A stretch of DNA of 64,000 nt from Stegostoma tigrinum (lineage: Eukaryota). A program made the position numbers and the translations under genes. Shown here in pieces: positions 13,468 through 26,028 of the stretch (position 1 is its first letter; each line of letters starts with the position of its first letter). The stretch spans positions 12,748,035 through 12,812,034 of the forward strand of contig NC_081369.1 in assembly GCF_030684315.1 (NCBI RefSeq), given 5' to 3'. The notes beneath the pieces were generated by a model. The model made no database searches, was not told where the DNA came from, and worked only from the letters and a program-made list of their open reading frames with translations.

Positions 13468-13890
13468 GCGGCATAGTGGTAATTTCACTGGACTAGTAAT
13501 TTATAGGCTGTGTCTCCACATGGGCAGAGTGGCTGGTGGAATTTAAGTTCAAGATAACCTCATTAATTGTGATCTTGGCGTTTATTGTCAATTGAACATT
13601 CCTCAAGGAAGGAAGTGTCTCATTTGGTTTGGTCCACATGTCAGAACCCTAACTGCTCTCTGAAAAGACCTTTGCTATTCACCCTATTTATACCTCTCCA
13701 CATGATAAACCACTATAAGGTCAGCCCTCAACCTCCCACGCTTCAAAGAAGTCCCAGCCAATCCAGCCTCCTCTGAGGACTCAAATCCTCCATTCCTGGC
13801 AAAATCCAGGTAAATCTTTGCTCCTTATATTTCAAGGGCAAAGGATGAAGAACAAATGCTGGCCTTGCCAGTGATACTGACATCCCACGA
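13468..13890 (+). mobile_element. tRNA-derived SINE containing an inserted CR1 segment
   Basis: A-box-like ggcatagtggta head and aaatgctggccttgccagtga tail; same family at 28785-29100 and 53745-53965. Confidence 0.65.
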
Positions 13891-14893
13891 AAAACACTGC
13901 ATTGGAAAATGGAATTCAGTGCAGTGAAAGCTCATCCATCTTGGATTAACACAGAATTATACTTTGGTTTGAGCAGTCTTGAATAGTAACAATACACGTG
14001 AAAGGGTTACACTAATCAAATGTTTTTCTGATGACATATTGCACCAAGATCTTATCCCAATGATTTGGGTGTACTTTAAAAAACTGACCATAACACTAAA
14101 ACAGAGTGGTGAGTGATTTTCTAGTACTCTGATCAACATTTCTTCCACAGTCATAACTACCAGAAGCAGATCACGTGGTTGTTTACCTCAAGCGAGTCGT
14201 GGGATCCTGCTAAAATAATCTATTATAGCTTCTTGCATAGCAGCAGTGAACAGTGCTATTCAAAACTAGTGCAATACATCAAAATCTTTGTTGTAGGAGA
14301 CATGGTTAGGTGCTACAAATAGAAGACTTTTATTGTGAACTAAAACTAATAAAATTCAGTGAAAAACATCAATGACAATATTTGGACTTGAGACCATTAT
14401 TAATAATTGAGTTGGGTAGTTTTGATTAAGAATACAGGCATATAACTGAACAATTTGCCATTTGTTCAGTTGGCATTGTTTCATGAAGCTAGATGAATTT
14501 CACATGAAGGGAATAGCAAAATTCAAACATAGTTCAAGACAGCTCAATATGGTGATACTCAAGGGCATACCAAAACGTACAGAACTGTTAATGGATCTTG
14601 ATGCATGTGTCACTGAATTGTTCTTTCGAACTGAAACTGATTACTATATAAATAAGAGAGGGCGCATGGGGAGAGGAGGATGCATGCATGCTCAGATGGG
14701 GTGGAGGAAGCAAAGGGACACAAAAAGCAGGATCACTGCACTTGAAAGATTGACAGACATAGATTATAGCAGTTGCAAGAAAGAACAGTAGGCAAGGAAT
14801 ACAAAGATTGATTATGCTGAAAGGGGTTGAGGGGAAGAATGGAGGGGCATAACAGACATGTTACACTATTATACATCAACAGTGCTCCCATAT

Positions 14894-14968
14894 CTATGTA
14901 GCTGTATTCAGACAAGAGTGGTAATACTTGCAAGCTGCGAGATGCTGTGAAATCTGGCGACGCAAACT
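14894..14968 (-). CDS. Candidate alternative CBFB downstream/terminal exon (SLRRQISQHLAACKYYHSCLNTAT*)
   Basis: Pyrimidine-rich acceptor (ccacccactctatcctccaccaccccctacag|) in non-repetitive-looking sequence; reads in phase 0 to TAG. No transcript support available. Confidence 0.3.
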   Translation of the reverse strand, partial: SLRRQISQHLAACKYYHSCLNTAT

Positions 14969-15689
14969 CTGTAGGGGGTGGTGGAGGATAGAGTGGGTGG
15001 AGTAATGATAGTTATTTCTGTTTACTAAAGGAATGAACTGTAATCTGTTCTCTATTAAAGTTATTTCAAATAAGGAAACACTTCAATTTTTTTTTCTTTA
15101 AACAGATTTAAAGAAAAACAGAAGCGTGTCTCCTGCCAGGAAAAATCACAGCCACTGTATAATATTGGAATGCTTACAGAACACCCAACTGATCAAACAC
15201 AGCTGGGTTAGTTTAATATTTTTGAAATTATGTTTTAAATATTAAAATTCATCTTTATTTTAAAAATAGATCAATTGCTAAATCTGTATTTATGCACTGA
15301 GCCGTTGGATATCCCACCCACCTGGATGTTTCAGAGAGTGCAAAAGATGGACTCCAGTTCAACAGGAATCTGATTGTCAAACCAGTCTTACAGAGCATCA
15401 AAAAGGAACAATAACTACAGGTGAGCTATTACTACAACTGTAACCTTTGTATCTTGTTTCACGATTCTTAATAGAAGCCCCATTGCCATGGATCAAATCA
15501 CATTTTCGTGACCAAATATTTAAAATCAGGCTGCAGCTTATGCAAAACTACAGAAGTGATGTTTAATGTTTAAGTTAAAATGGCAAAGAATGATGACCAA
15601 GTTGCAAAAAGGGGAACGGAGAAATTTTAAAAGCCAACAAAAGTTGACTGAAAACAAAAAAGAGAAAATAAACTGAGGGCAAGTAACAA

Positions 15690-17410
15690 AAATCAACAGC
15701 AAGAGCTTCATTAAATAAAACAGTGATGAGAAGGACCACAGTGAACATAGGCCCCTTCAAGAATGAGTCTTAGGAACCAGAAAATGGCAGAGGAGGAGTT
15801 GAGTAAATACTTAAACATCATTCTTCACAGTCCAGGCCATTAACAGCATTCTAAAAATATTAAATAATCAAGGGGAAGAGAGGCAGGAAATAAAGTAACT
15901 ACCATCAGAAAAAGTATATTGCAGAAACTAACGTGGCAAAAAGCTGATACGTCCCAGAGGCCTGACTGATTGTATCCTAGGATATCACAGGAAGTAGCTG
16001 CAGACATGGTTACGCATTAACAGTAATTTTGAGAGTTCTTAGATTCTGGAAAAATCCCAGAGGATTACCGAACTACCAATGTTACAATGTTATTTAAAAA
16101 AAGAGGCAGACAAAAATCAAGTAACTATTAAGCCAGATAACCGAATGGATGTTGCTGGGAAAATGTTAAGTCTTATAAAGGATGTAATAGCACAGCGTTT
16201 TGAAACATACAACACGATCAAGCAGAGTTAGCTTGCCTTCATGAAAGGGAAATTATGCCTGACAATTTTACTACAATTCTTTGAAAAAATAACAAGCAAG
16301 ATGGATAAAGGGGAGCCAGTATTCAATTTGCAAAAGGCTTGAACAGAAGATACAACACAAAAGGTTATTTAATAAGATCAGACAAAAGCCCAAGGTGGTG
16401 AGGATAGTATATTAACAAGGGTAAAGGATTGGCTAGCTAATAAAAGACCAATTCTTGGGGGGAAAAAGCAGGGCATTTTTTTTTATGATGGCAGTCGAAA
16501 ACTAGTGGAGTGCTAAGGCCAAATTTGTATACAATATATACTAATCACCTGGAATTTGAAAATGAATGTGCAATTGTAGAGTTTGTGTATGACACTAAAT
16601 AGGTGGGAAGGCAGGTAACGAGGTCACAAACAGCTGACAAGTATAGACAGATTGAGTGGGTGGGCAAATGGAATATAATACGGGAAAACGTAAGGTTATG
16701 CAGTTTGACAGTAAGAACAGAGGAGCTGAATATTATTTAAATGGAGAAAGACAGAAGAAAGCTGTTACACAGATTTGGAATTCTTTATGCATGAACCACA
16801 AAAAGCTAACATCCAGGCAGGTAAATAGGCAAGGCAAATGGACTGTTAGCCTCTATTCCAAAAGGAAATGGAATATAAAAATAATAAGTCTTGCTACGAC
16901 TATACAAGGCACTAGTTAGACCATACCCGAAATACTGTGAACCTATCTTGGTCAAATTATCCAAGGAAAGGTATAATGGCATTGAAGGTAGTCCAGAAGA
17001 TGATTCAGCAGGTTGATCCCAGGCATGGAAGAGTTTCTTATAAAGGAGTGGTCGAGTAGGTTGGACTTGTACTCATTAGAGTTTAAAAGAATGAGATGAG
17101 ACCACCATGAAAGATGCTAGGGGGAGGTAGGTGAGTTGACTGGGTGGATATAGACAGGTTGAGTCTCTTAAGGAACAAAGATCAGATGGTATTTTCTCAG
17201 GTGTAAGGGTTTGCTTACTTAAGACAGAGATAATGAAGAATTTCTTCAGATGGTAGTGAACATATAGCAATATTTACAATGGACGTTTGTGGAAGCTGGG
17301 TCATTAAGTACAATTAAGGCTGAAGGAAACAGATTTTTAAATCGTGATCTAACTGAATGGCTGAGAAGACTTGATGGGCTGAACGGTTTGCTTCTGTTCC
17401 CATTTCTTAT
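15690..17410 (+). mobile_element. Decayed CR1 ORF2
   Basis: Motifs KGKLCLTILLQFFE, EFVYDT and GQMEYNTGKRKVMQF, followed by a CR1-type 3' UTR. Confidence 0.8.
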
Positions 17411-18329
17411 AGTAATGAGGCCATGACGGTCAAATCTCTATCTGGGCTGGATTTAAGTCAGTTCGAGACAAGGAGTTTGCTGTAATTTTGAGAGAGTTTA
17501 TAATGGATTCAATTTGAAACAGAAAACTGGAAACAGATGATTACTTAACATTTGGGCACAGCAAAAATTGGAAATGATATACTAGTATAATAATGGGGCA
17601 ATCCGAGCATGTTCAAATTTACTTTGAGAGGAACTTCAGCTGGTCCTAACTGGAGTATTTTTATAAATGGCCATTCAGCCAGTGTTACAGTTTCTCAGTT
17701 AAACTAAGGAAAAATAATTCAAGTGATGGAAATCAAATAAAAACAAAAAACTAGAAATGATTATCTTGTCAGAACTGTAGAGAGACAATTACTAATGTTG
17801 GGGGTGAACAATTTGATCAGAACTCCAGATTTCCACACAGATGCAGCCACAGAGAATTTCCAGAATTTTTTTTTGTTTATCATTTCTCACTTTGTGTAAA
17901 GAAGGGTTCCAGCACAAAAAAGGGTGGCCATTAAACTTATGGGGTCTGTGCTGACTGTCCAAAAGCAGTAATTGTCCTTGTAGCCCATGTCCTGCATGTT
18001 CTCACTGTCCTTCATTCTTTCTGTTGGATCATAATTTAAATTCCCTCTTGAATGCCTTGATTCAGCCTGCCTCCTCTATATTCAGACAGTACATTTCAAA
18101 TCTCAAATATTTTCATGTAATAACTGTTAATTCACATGATGCCATTAGACCATATCTGGAATACTGCGAGCCTATCTTGGTCCTATTACCATAAACCTGC
18201 GCGCACTTTGGATCATGATCCTTCCACAAATGGGAACAATCTTTACCTATTTAAATTTGACCAAGTACCTCTATTCCCCCTACCTCAAACTTCGAGGAAA
18301 ACCTCTCCAACATATCTACGTAATTGAAG

Positions 18330-19335
18330 TTCCAGACTTCCACGTACTCCAAAGGAAACAATTTCGGACCATGAATGTGGTGCATTCCCATAAAAGAGGA
18401 GGAAATCTGGTTTTCCAAATATCATCACTTAATTTCAGTAGCACTATTAGCTACCCAGATAAAGAACTGCTTAGACGGCAGGAAACAGAGTAGGAATTAT
18501 CTGGTCTTTTTCCAAGTTGCAGGCAATACCACTGGGATCAATGCTTGGAGCTCATTATATACACAACTAATTTATAGGAGAAAACTAAAATGTAACACTT
18601 TCAACCTGGGTAGCAGTGGAACGATGAACTGAGAAGAGCAGGCAGAGATGCCTCAGTATGATTTGGACAAGTTGAATGTGTGGACAAATACACAGTAGAC
18701 GAATGTGAGGTTATCCACTTTAGCAAAAAACAGGAAGGCAGATTATCTGCATGGCAATAGATTGGGAAGAGGTGGTGCAACAAGGCCTGAATGTCATTGT
18801 CCACCAGTCACTGAAGGCCTTCACAGTGAGAGGATTTGAGAAAAGGGCCTTGGTGAGACTACAGCTGGAGTAATGGATGCTATCTTGGTCTCTACCAGAG
18901 GAAGGTTGTTCTGGATATTGAGGAAGTGCAACAAAGTTTACAAGACTGATGCTTGGGATGGCAGGACTGATGTATGAAGACAGACAGGATTGATTAGGAC
19001 TATATTTAGTTGATTTTAAGAGTAATTTTGGGCAGGGGGAGGAAGAAGTATCTTAGAAACCTATAAAATGGCATCAGAACTAAACAAGTAAACACAAGAT
19101 GAATGTTCCCAATGACATGAGAAATTTCTTCACCGAGAGAGTGATGAGCCTGTGGAATTCTACACTGCAAAGCAATCAAGGCCAAATCATTGAAGGCTTT
19201 TAAAGAAGGAGTTAGATATGGCACTTGGAGCTAAAGAGATCAAAGGGCATGGGTTGTATGATCAGCCAAGATCATACTGAACAGAGAAGCAGGTTTGAAC
19301 GGTCAAATGGCCTACCCCAGCTCCTAATTTCTATG
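18330..19335 (+). mobile_element. Decayed CR1 ORF2 3' part
   Basis: DECEVIHFSKK-like motif and a 3' tail. Confidence 0.7.
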
Positions 19336-19464
19336 ACACTAGTCTTTGCCAAAAGTACCTTCCCAACATTTTCCAGGAGTGGGGAGAACACAGTATTACA
19401 TACTATTGCAGAGTAACATGCCTGCCTTCCTTAACTTAACACAAAAAGTGTCCTAACCTCTCAC

Positions 19465-19560
19465 CTCCATGTCCTCCCGATGAGATCTCTCCCTCTCCTC
19501 AAAATCTCTGGCTCTCCTTCGGGCATCTTCAAATGCCTGTTGTGCCAGGGCATCCTCCTG
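19465..19560 (-). CDS. CBFB: CBFB coding exon (equivalent to human exon 5, aa 134-165)
   Basis: Translates QEDALAQQAFEDARRRARDFEERERSHREDME. 96 nt, acceptor ttttttgcag|CAG, donor GAG|gtgaga; in frame with the 23220-23336 exon. Confidence 0.97.
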
Positions 19561-20371
19561 CTGCAAAAAAATTAGGTGTAACTGAATGCAAGTTTCAATA
19601 AAATAGCAATAATCATGAGAATTAGTAATAAGTTCCAAGGATTTTCTGAATCTCATTAAACGCTTTTCTGAAATCTTATAAACACTCAATAAGCATGAAA
19701 TTCCTTATTTCAAGAATGTAAAAAATAAAAATGAAATGAATTAGTACAGTGAAAGATATGCCTCTTTTCATCACAATACAGCACAAATCCAAAGCAATAA
19801 TAGCCCATTCACAAAGCAGGGAAATTTGAAGTTCGATAAAATTGATACACTACTTGCCGTCAGTATCTTACTACAAGGATCACTCCCCAGCATTCAGTTC
19901 CTACTATTCAATTTCACTTTACCTCGGATAAATTTTACTGGTCCAAAGTATTCGGGAGAGATAATTCTATGAATGAGCAAATATTACACACGACCCGAAA
20001 CTGGATACTTAGCACCTGCTTTTTAAGCACGTTACCTCAGCACTTCAAACAGATGCCTAAATAGGGAGGAATCATGCAAGCATTCATATTAGCGCAGGTG
20101 ACAGTGGTGTGCAGTTACCAGCTTTGACACTTCGGAGCTCAAACTTTCACAGCTGGACATGGGGTCAGCAGCAGAAGAGTCCTTTCAAAAACATCTTTTC
20201 CAAGGAATCAACTACTTACAGATTAGTTACTGGCCAGCACCATCTAGTTATTGTTACAATTTTAGAAGTGCTTTGTATCATTGATTCCAATGGTACAATT
20301 TCATAGGGACCCATGCGGCAGTACTGATGGATTATTTTTCTACTTTAAGGCTTCTGCACAAAAAAAGAGGC

Positions 20372-20526
20372 GCAAAGTACTGGAAAAGCTCAGCAAATCT
20401 GGCAGCATCTGTAGGGAAACAAACAGTTAACGCTGAGTCCAGTTCTGATAAAGGTTCATCAGACTCACTGTTAACTCTGCTTTTCTCTCCACAAATGCTG
20501 CCATGTCTGCTGAGTTTCTCTAGCAT
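20372..20526. mobile_element. Older fold-back mini-element
   Basis: Arms tggaaaagctcagcaaatctggcagcat and atgctgccatgtctgctgagtttctcta, with a central degenerate CTGATAA. Confidence 0.7.
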
Positions 20527-22385
20527 TATTTTCATTGTAGTCAGAATTGCTCTAATGAGGATATCCCTTTTCTGCCCAAGACATTGGGTTGCTCCATAGA
20601 TCATTAATGAATCCATGCAAGAAGGGGTGTCATCTCAGTCCATCACCCTCCATTCTGATGAATACTTAGTTGGTTTCATGTAGTGTGCTAGGAGCACAGA
20701 AATCAAGCATAAAGCCAAATTACCTTCTGTACCTTTTGATTCAAAAGTATTATCAATAGAGTGTAGGGGAAGCTGATGCCATGGAAAAAACTGTTAGGTT
20801 GTAGACATCAAATTACAAAACATTTCAATACCAACAACTTTAGAAAGTCATGCATTCTTCAGAATGCAAGGGGCTCTGAAAAGAAGTAGCCCAAAAGGTT
20901 GTGCAAACATGGAAGGAGGACCTAACTACAATGATTCATCACAATGTAAATAATAAGTTATAAACCAGTTAATAGGACAAATGTGTTAATGATATATACT
21001 ATATTTTGTGCTACACTAAGTGTTAAATATGCTATAAGTTTACAATTCAACTGCATTCATCCTCATACTACTTTTTAATACAATGGCTACAGTACTTTTG
21101 CCCAGTTGAGCTAGTTAACTCAGAGTTGGGAAACAAAATCTCAAATTAAGCATAGCTTAGGTACACTGACTTAAACATTTCTAAAAAATGGGCCAATGCT
21201 AATGGGAGAAGTCACTTAAAAGGTCTTTTTCTTTGTACTGGAAGCATTAGCCAAGTTCAAAATTAAGAGCCCCTAACAAGGTTATGACAATGTTTGAAAA
21301 AAATCAAAGCCCTCAGCAATTACCCAACATTCATCACTACACAATACTTTAAATAAAAGCATTTTTTTCTTTTCAAAAAGACAAAAGCAAACTTCAAACT
21401 AACCAAAACTAATGCTATAAATTCTGCTCTACACTTTATTCTCATCCCCTCCCTACCACTTCGTTGAATTGAGAAAGGATTCTTCATCTTACAAAATCCC
21501 AAAGGCACATTAATTCTTGTTAGGACCAACTCAAAAGATATGCCACAGCCCTCTAAAATTAACTTCAATGCTCCTTAGTGTCCTCCTAATCTCTGAGGTA
21601 AGATTCTATGGGGGTCCTTGCATTATTTTATTTTCATTTCACTTTTTTTTTGTTTGGAACTGACAGTCAAAGTCAAGAATTGAACTTTGAACAGCAGCTT
21701 GTTTTGGAAAAGAGTGCGCAAGTGAATTTGTTTGTTATGGAAATTGCCCTTGAAAGATAGTATAATAATTAAACTGTGATTAAGAACATGATAGGTGTTC
21801 CAGTAACAAGATGTTTTAGGCTTAGGACTGGTAACTGGTTGCATGTTGAACTGATCAAAGGATGATCAGTGCAGGCTGGCAAGGCACAATGCTGCTTAAA
21901 GAGGGGGCAAAAAGTGAAACATTCTGACTAGGGTTCTGAAGCAAAACCATGGTGCTCCTGGATTTTGCACTGATTTTCACTGCAGTTGTCAACTTCTTAG
22001 TTGTTCCACAAAGAATACAGACCTCTGTAATAAGTGGATAAGTAATCATAGAAAGTTACTGAATCTGTTTGCATGAATCAGTGACTTTGGAATTCAATTG
22101 ACATGTCTTTTATAACTCCATTAACTAAGGATTTCTGAAGGCCTGGTACCAATCAAATCTGTTGAACTGGCAAATAACAATTGGTTTTAATTTATCTCTA
22201 ACTGTGTCAACATGGAAGTGCGTTTCTAGCTAAAGGAGACTGCCTTATTGCTTATCCATGCCCTGCCACAGTTATATTATTAATAAATTGTTAATTCATG
22301 TTCCAAATTTGACTGTTATTCTTAAAGTCCAGTTAAGGACAATTGAGCAATTTTGAGAGTCACTGAATATTTTAAATTTTTATCA

Positions 22386-23042
22386 TGTTATGAATCCGGG
22401 CATAAGGAGGCTGATTTGGTTTGGCTTGCTGTCCCCATGTCATAACAGGCGACATAACCTTCCACTTTTCATCACAGTTCCTGGGATTGTGAATTGGTCA
22501 ATACCTTGTTCCAACTGTCAGCAGATAACCAGCTTTCCCTTGGTTGACTGCTTTCTGCTATAGGGCTTTGCTGTGAACAAAGAAGTTAGTACTTGACCAA
22601 ACCAAACACCTCCAGTTGACTTACTAGTTCTGGTGAGATGTAGCACATACCAAAGCAAAGTTACAACTGCCTGTCAATTCTCCACATTTAATTGCTTATT
22701 TCTGTCGGCAAGAACATTTTAACTAAGACTTCATCCTGATTCAGCATCTCAGTAGGGTTTAATACATGGTTTAACTAAGTGTAGACGGTCTGACTCCTTT
22801 ACAAGCCAAGGAATGGATTTACACTTCAAGATTTCAAGTTCAAAATTTATACTTATACCTCTGACCTTAAGATAAATATAGGTTAGTTTTTAACTGCAAA
22901 CTCATTTAAAGTACATTCCCCTGGGTTATTTACCAATTTCACAACCAGATGCCATTTATCTACAGTTAAAACATTAATTCCAACCAAAAAACACTAATTC
23001 CTAAATCTAAAAGTCAGATTCCAAAACAAGACATTCATAACA
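22386..23042. mobile_element. Possible solo LTR
   Basis: Perfect 10-bp terminal inverted repeat TGTTATGAAT...ATTCATAACA; 657 bp. No clear TSD. Confidence 0.5.
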
Positions 23043-23219
23043 TGCTGGCACAATGGCAAACTACTAACAATACTTCTGCCTTCTTTAACTTAATATTGCC
23101 TAAACATTCAGTGTTATTAGCACTTAACAAGAAATCAAAGGCAAAATCCAACTGCCACTACTGTGTAGCATAGTATGTCTACGATCAACAACACTGATTG
23201 GCCCAATTTCCTTGCTTAC

Positions 23220-23336
23220 CTGTGCACGGTCTTCATCAAACTCCAGACAGCCCATACCATCAAGTCGCTGGAGGTCAATCCAGCCTTTCCAGATCACACA
23301 AACTCCATTAAGAATCATTGGAGCCTTCAGGCACAC
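23220..23336 (-). CDS. CBFB: CBFB coding exon (equivalent to human exon 4, aa 95-133)
   Basis: Translates VCLKAPMILNGVCVIWKGWIDLQRLDGMGCLEFDEDRAQ, nearly identical to vertebrate CBF-beta. 117 nt, phase 0, flanked by aaatag| and |gtaagc. Confidence 0.97.
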
Positions 23337-25127
23337 CTATTTTGAATACAAATTGCAGTAATGAATTTAAAGAACTGATGGCAATTGCTCGCTCCAAATG
23401 TATTTCACAAGCTAGTAAGGATGTTGAAACTATGAAATTGATAAATTAATAGCATAATTACTAAAATTACTACTCCGACGATCAAAACATTTATAAGTTC
23501 CCTTGGTATCAGTTGAATTCTTCATTCAGCTACAAGGCGACATCATGTTATAAGGAAACCAAACATAAACCCATTTTCCTGTTTAATAAATGTCAGAAGG
23601 ATGTTTTCCTATCCAGGAAACTATCAAATACTTCAGTGCAAAGTAGGGGTGTCATTTGAAGATGACATTCTAAATGCTAGAGTGAAGGTGTAAGCGATAA
23701 GTCTGTGAAGAAAGCTGCACTGACTCTGAGCAGTGGCTTCCGAGTTTCACGAAAACACTGATGTCTCATGCACATCGTACACAATTCATATTATACGTGA
23801 GCACACCCCTCTTTCCACAAAGGCCTGTAGATCAGTAGACTGATTAAAATTTTGGTTATTTATTCAGGATCCGTATATTTTCAGGCTGTAATCAATTGTA
23901 TTCAAACATGGTGTAATAATGCATCTGTAGCATCTTATAACCAAACAGAAGAGAATAGCTTAACAGTTTATGGTTTCATACCTGGTCGTTCACCACTTGA
24001 AATAAATTAGAAATAACATTTTCAAATAAAAATAATCTTTCAGAAGTTATTTGAATTATGTGCCACAACTCCATTTCACAAAGACAAGCACAAGTACAGG
24101 CTGAGAGAGATTTTGGATGATCTAATCATACAACAAATCCATGGTTCCCACTATTACAAGTTCAGAACATTACTTGAACGATCAAAAGATTTTGCCTCGC
24201 CTAGACAGAAAAAATTATTCCAGCTTTTAACAAAATCAAAAATAAAGCTTCTGCACACCATATCACAAGACTGCTGTTTGAATGTTATAAATGTGCCCTT
24301 CTGTCATAGTGCATAAGTTTGGGACAATCAACCTCTGATAACTACATTTCCAAATTTGGTCTTCACTGAAAATTGAAATTATATCCTGTAAGCCCAAGTT
24401 GAAGCTATTAATAAACATAAAAACAATAGTGGCTTATACCAGTCCTATCACAATATACCTTCCTTCAGTCCGACAAACCACTGTTTTGTTTGTTTTTGGG
24501 TACTTTGCAATTAAAAAAAATCATTACTGCCATTGTCCCTTTGCTAATAAATGTAGTGAGTGAAAAACCATTATAAATATCTCCCACACTTAGGGTGTTC
24601 AAAGAAGTGGCTAATGAATTAAACGTGTTATGTTGAATAAATTAGGTTCCATTGCTTTCCAATACAGCTAGAGGGGAGCAAGACAGAGAACTGAAAACTA
24701 AAAGGACAGCTAGCTTGATATCTGTCTTCGGGAAGCAGAATAGCACATGGTAAAATCCAAGGTAGTTTGCAAGTGTCAGCATGGTTTTGTGAATGGAAAA
24801 AAATCTTTAACCAATTTATTGGAATTTGCTGAAGGAGTAAATGCAGTGTAGGTAAAGGTGAGTCTGTTGATGAACTATACTTAGGGTGTGAGAAGGCATT
24901 TGACAAGTTTCTTCACGAGATGTTACTGCTCAAACCAGAAGCATTTACGCGAACATACTAAGGGGATTGACCAAATCTGTAGTAGGCATAACTGTGTCTT
25001 TGTTTATCATACTGTATGAATTAAGAAGTTCTATAGGAGTCTACACTGGGTCCTCAAGTACTTATGTCAGGACTTAACTGGGGAGACTGAAGGCATGGCG
25101 GCTGAATTTGCTGATGACACCAAGGTA

Positions 25128-25303
25128 CAGGTTTCATTAACGCGAATTGGCTATACCGCAATAGATGAATATCTGCTATCTGGATAACGCAAACTTTCTG
25201 CGGTACAGATAGAAATTTCTCTATAACATGATTTTCTATGGCAATTTTCTATAGTGTGACGTCACACAAGGATGCAACTATCGCCTTATAGGAGAACTAC
25301 CTG
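25128..25303. mobile_element. Tc1/pogo (Tigger-like) non-autonomous DNA transposon (MITE)
   Basis: TA|CAGGT...ACCTG|TA termini with a TA duplication. It interrupts the CR1 RT right after the FADDTK codons. Confidence 0.75.
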
Positions 25304-26028
25304 TAGGAAGGAAAGTATGCTGTGTAAATGATATAACAAGGATGCAAAGTGATATAAATAAGTTGACAGACAACACAAGAAAATCTGGCAGATGTGACAG
25401 GACGTGAAGTTGTTCACTTTGGTAGTAAGAAGAATAGAACAGTATTATTTAAAAGCAGTTCTGCTACAGAATTCTAAGGTACTGAGGGGATCAAGTTTTC
25501 TAGTGCACGAGTCACAAACAACATTCAGTATAGCAAGTGATTAAGGTGGTTAATGTAATGCTTTTTTAAAAACAAAAGAAATTGAACACAGAAGCAAGGA
25601 TAACAGTGTGGAGCTGGATGAACACAGCAGGCCAAGCAGCATCTCAGGAGCACAAAATCTGACGTTTTGGGCCTAGGCCCTTCAGAGAGGGGGATGGGAA
25701 GAGGGGTCTGAAATAAATAGGGAGAGAGGGGGAGACGAACCGAAGATGGAGAGGAAAGAAGATAGGTGGAGAGGAGAGTATAGGTGGGGAGGTAGGGAGG
25801 GGATAGGTCAGTCCAGGGAAGACGGACAGGTCAAGGAGGCTGGATAAGGTTAGTAGGTAGGAAATGGAGATGCGGCTTGAGGTGGGAGGAGGGGATAGGT
25901 GAGAGGAAGAACAGGTTAGGGAGGCAGGAATGAGCTGGTCTGGTTTTGGGATGCAGTGGGGGGAGGGGACGAGCTGGGTTGGTTTTGGGATGCAGTGGGG
26001 GGAGGGGACGAGCTGGGCTGGTTTTGGG

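Noticed and set aside
19453-19689. 78-aa ORF as a standalone gene (likewise 23124-23336)
   Set aside because: Only the splice-bounded part matches CBFB; the rest is intron read-through.
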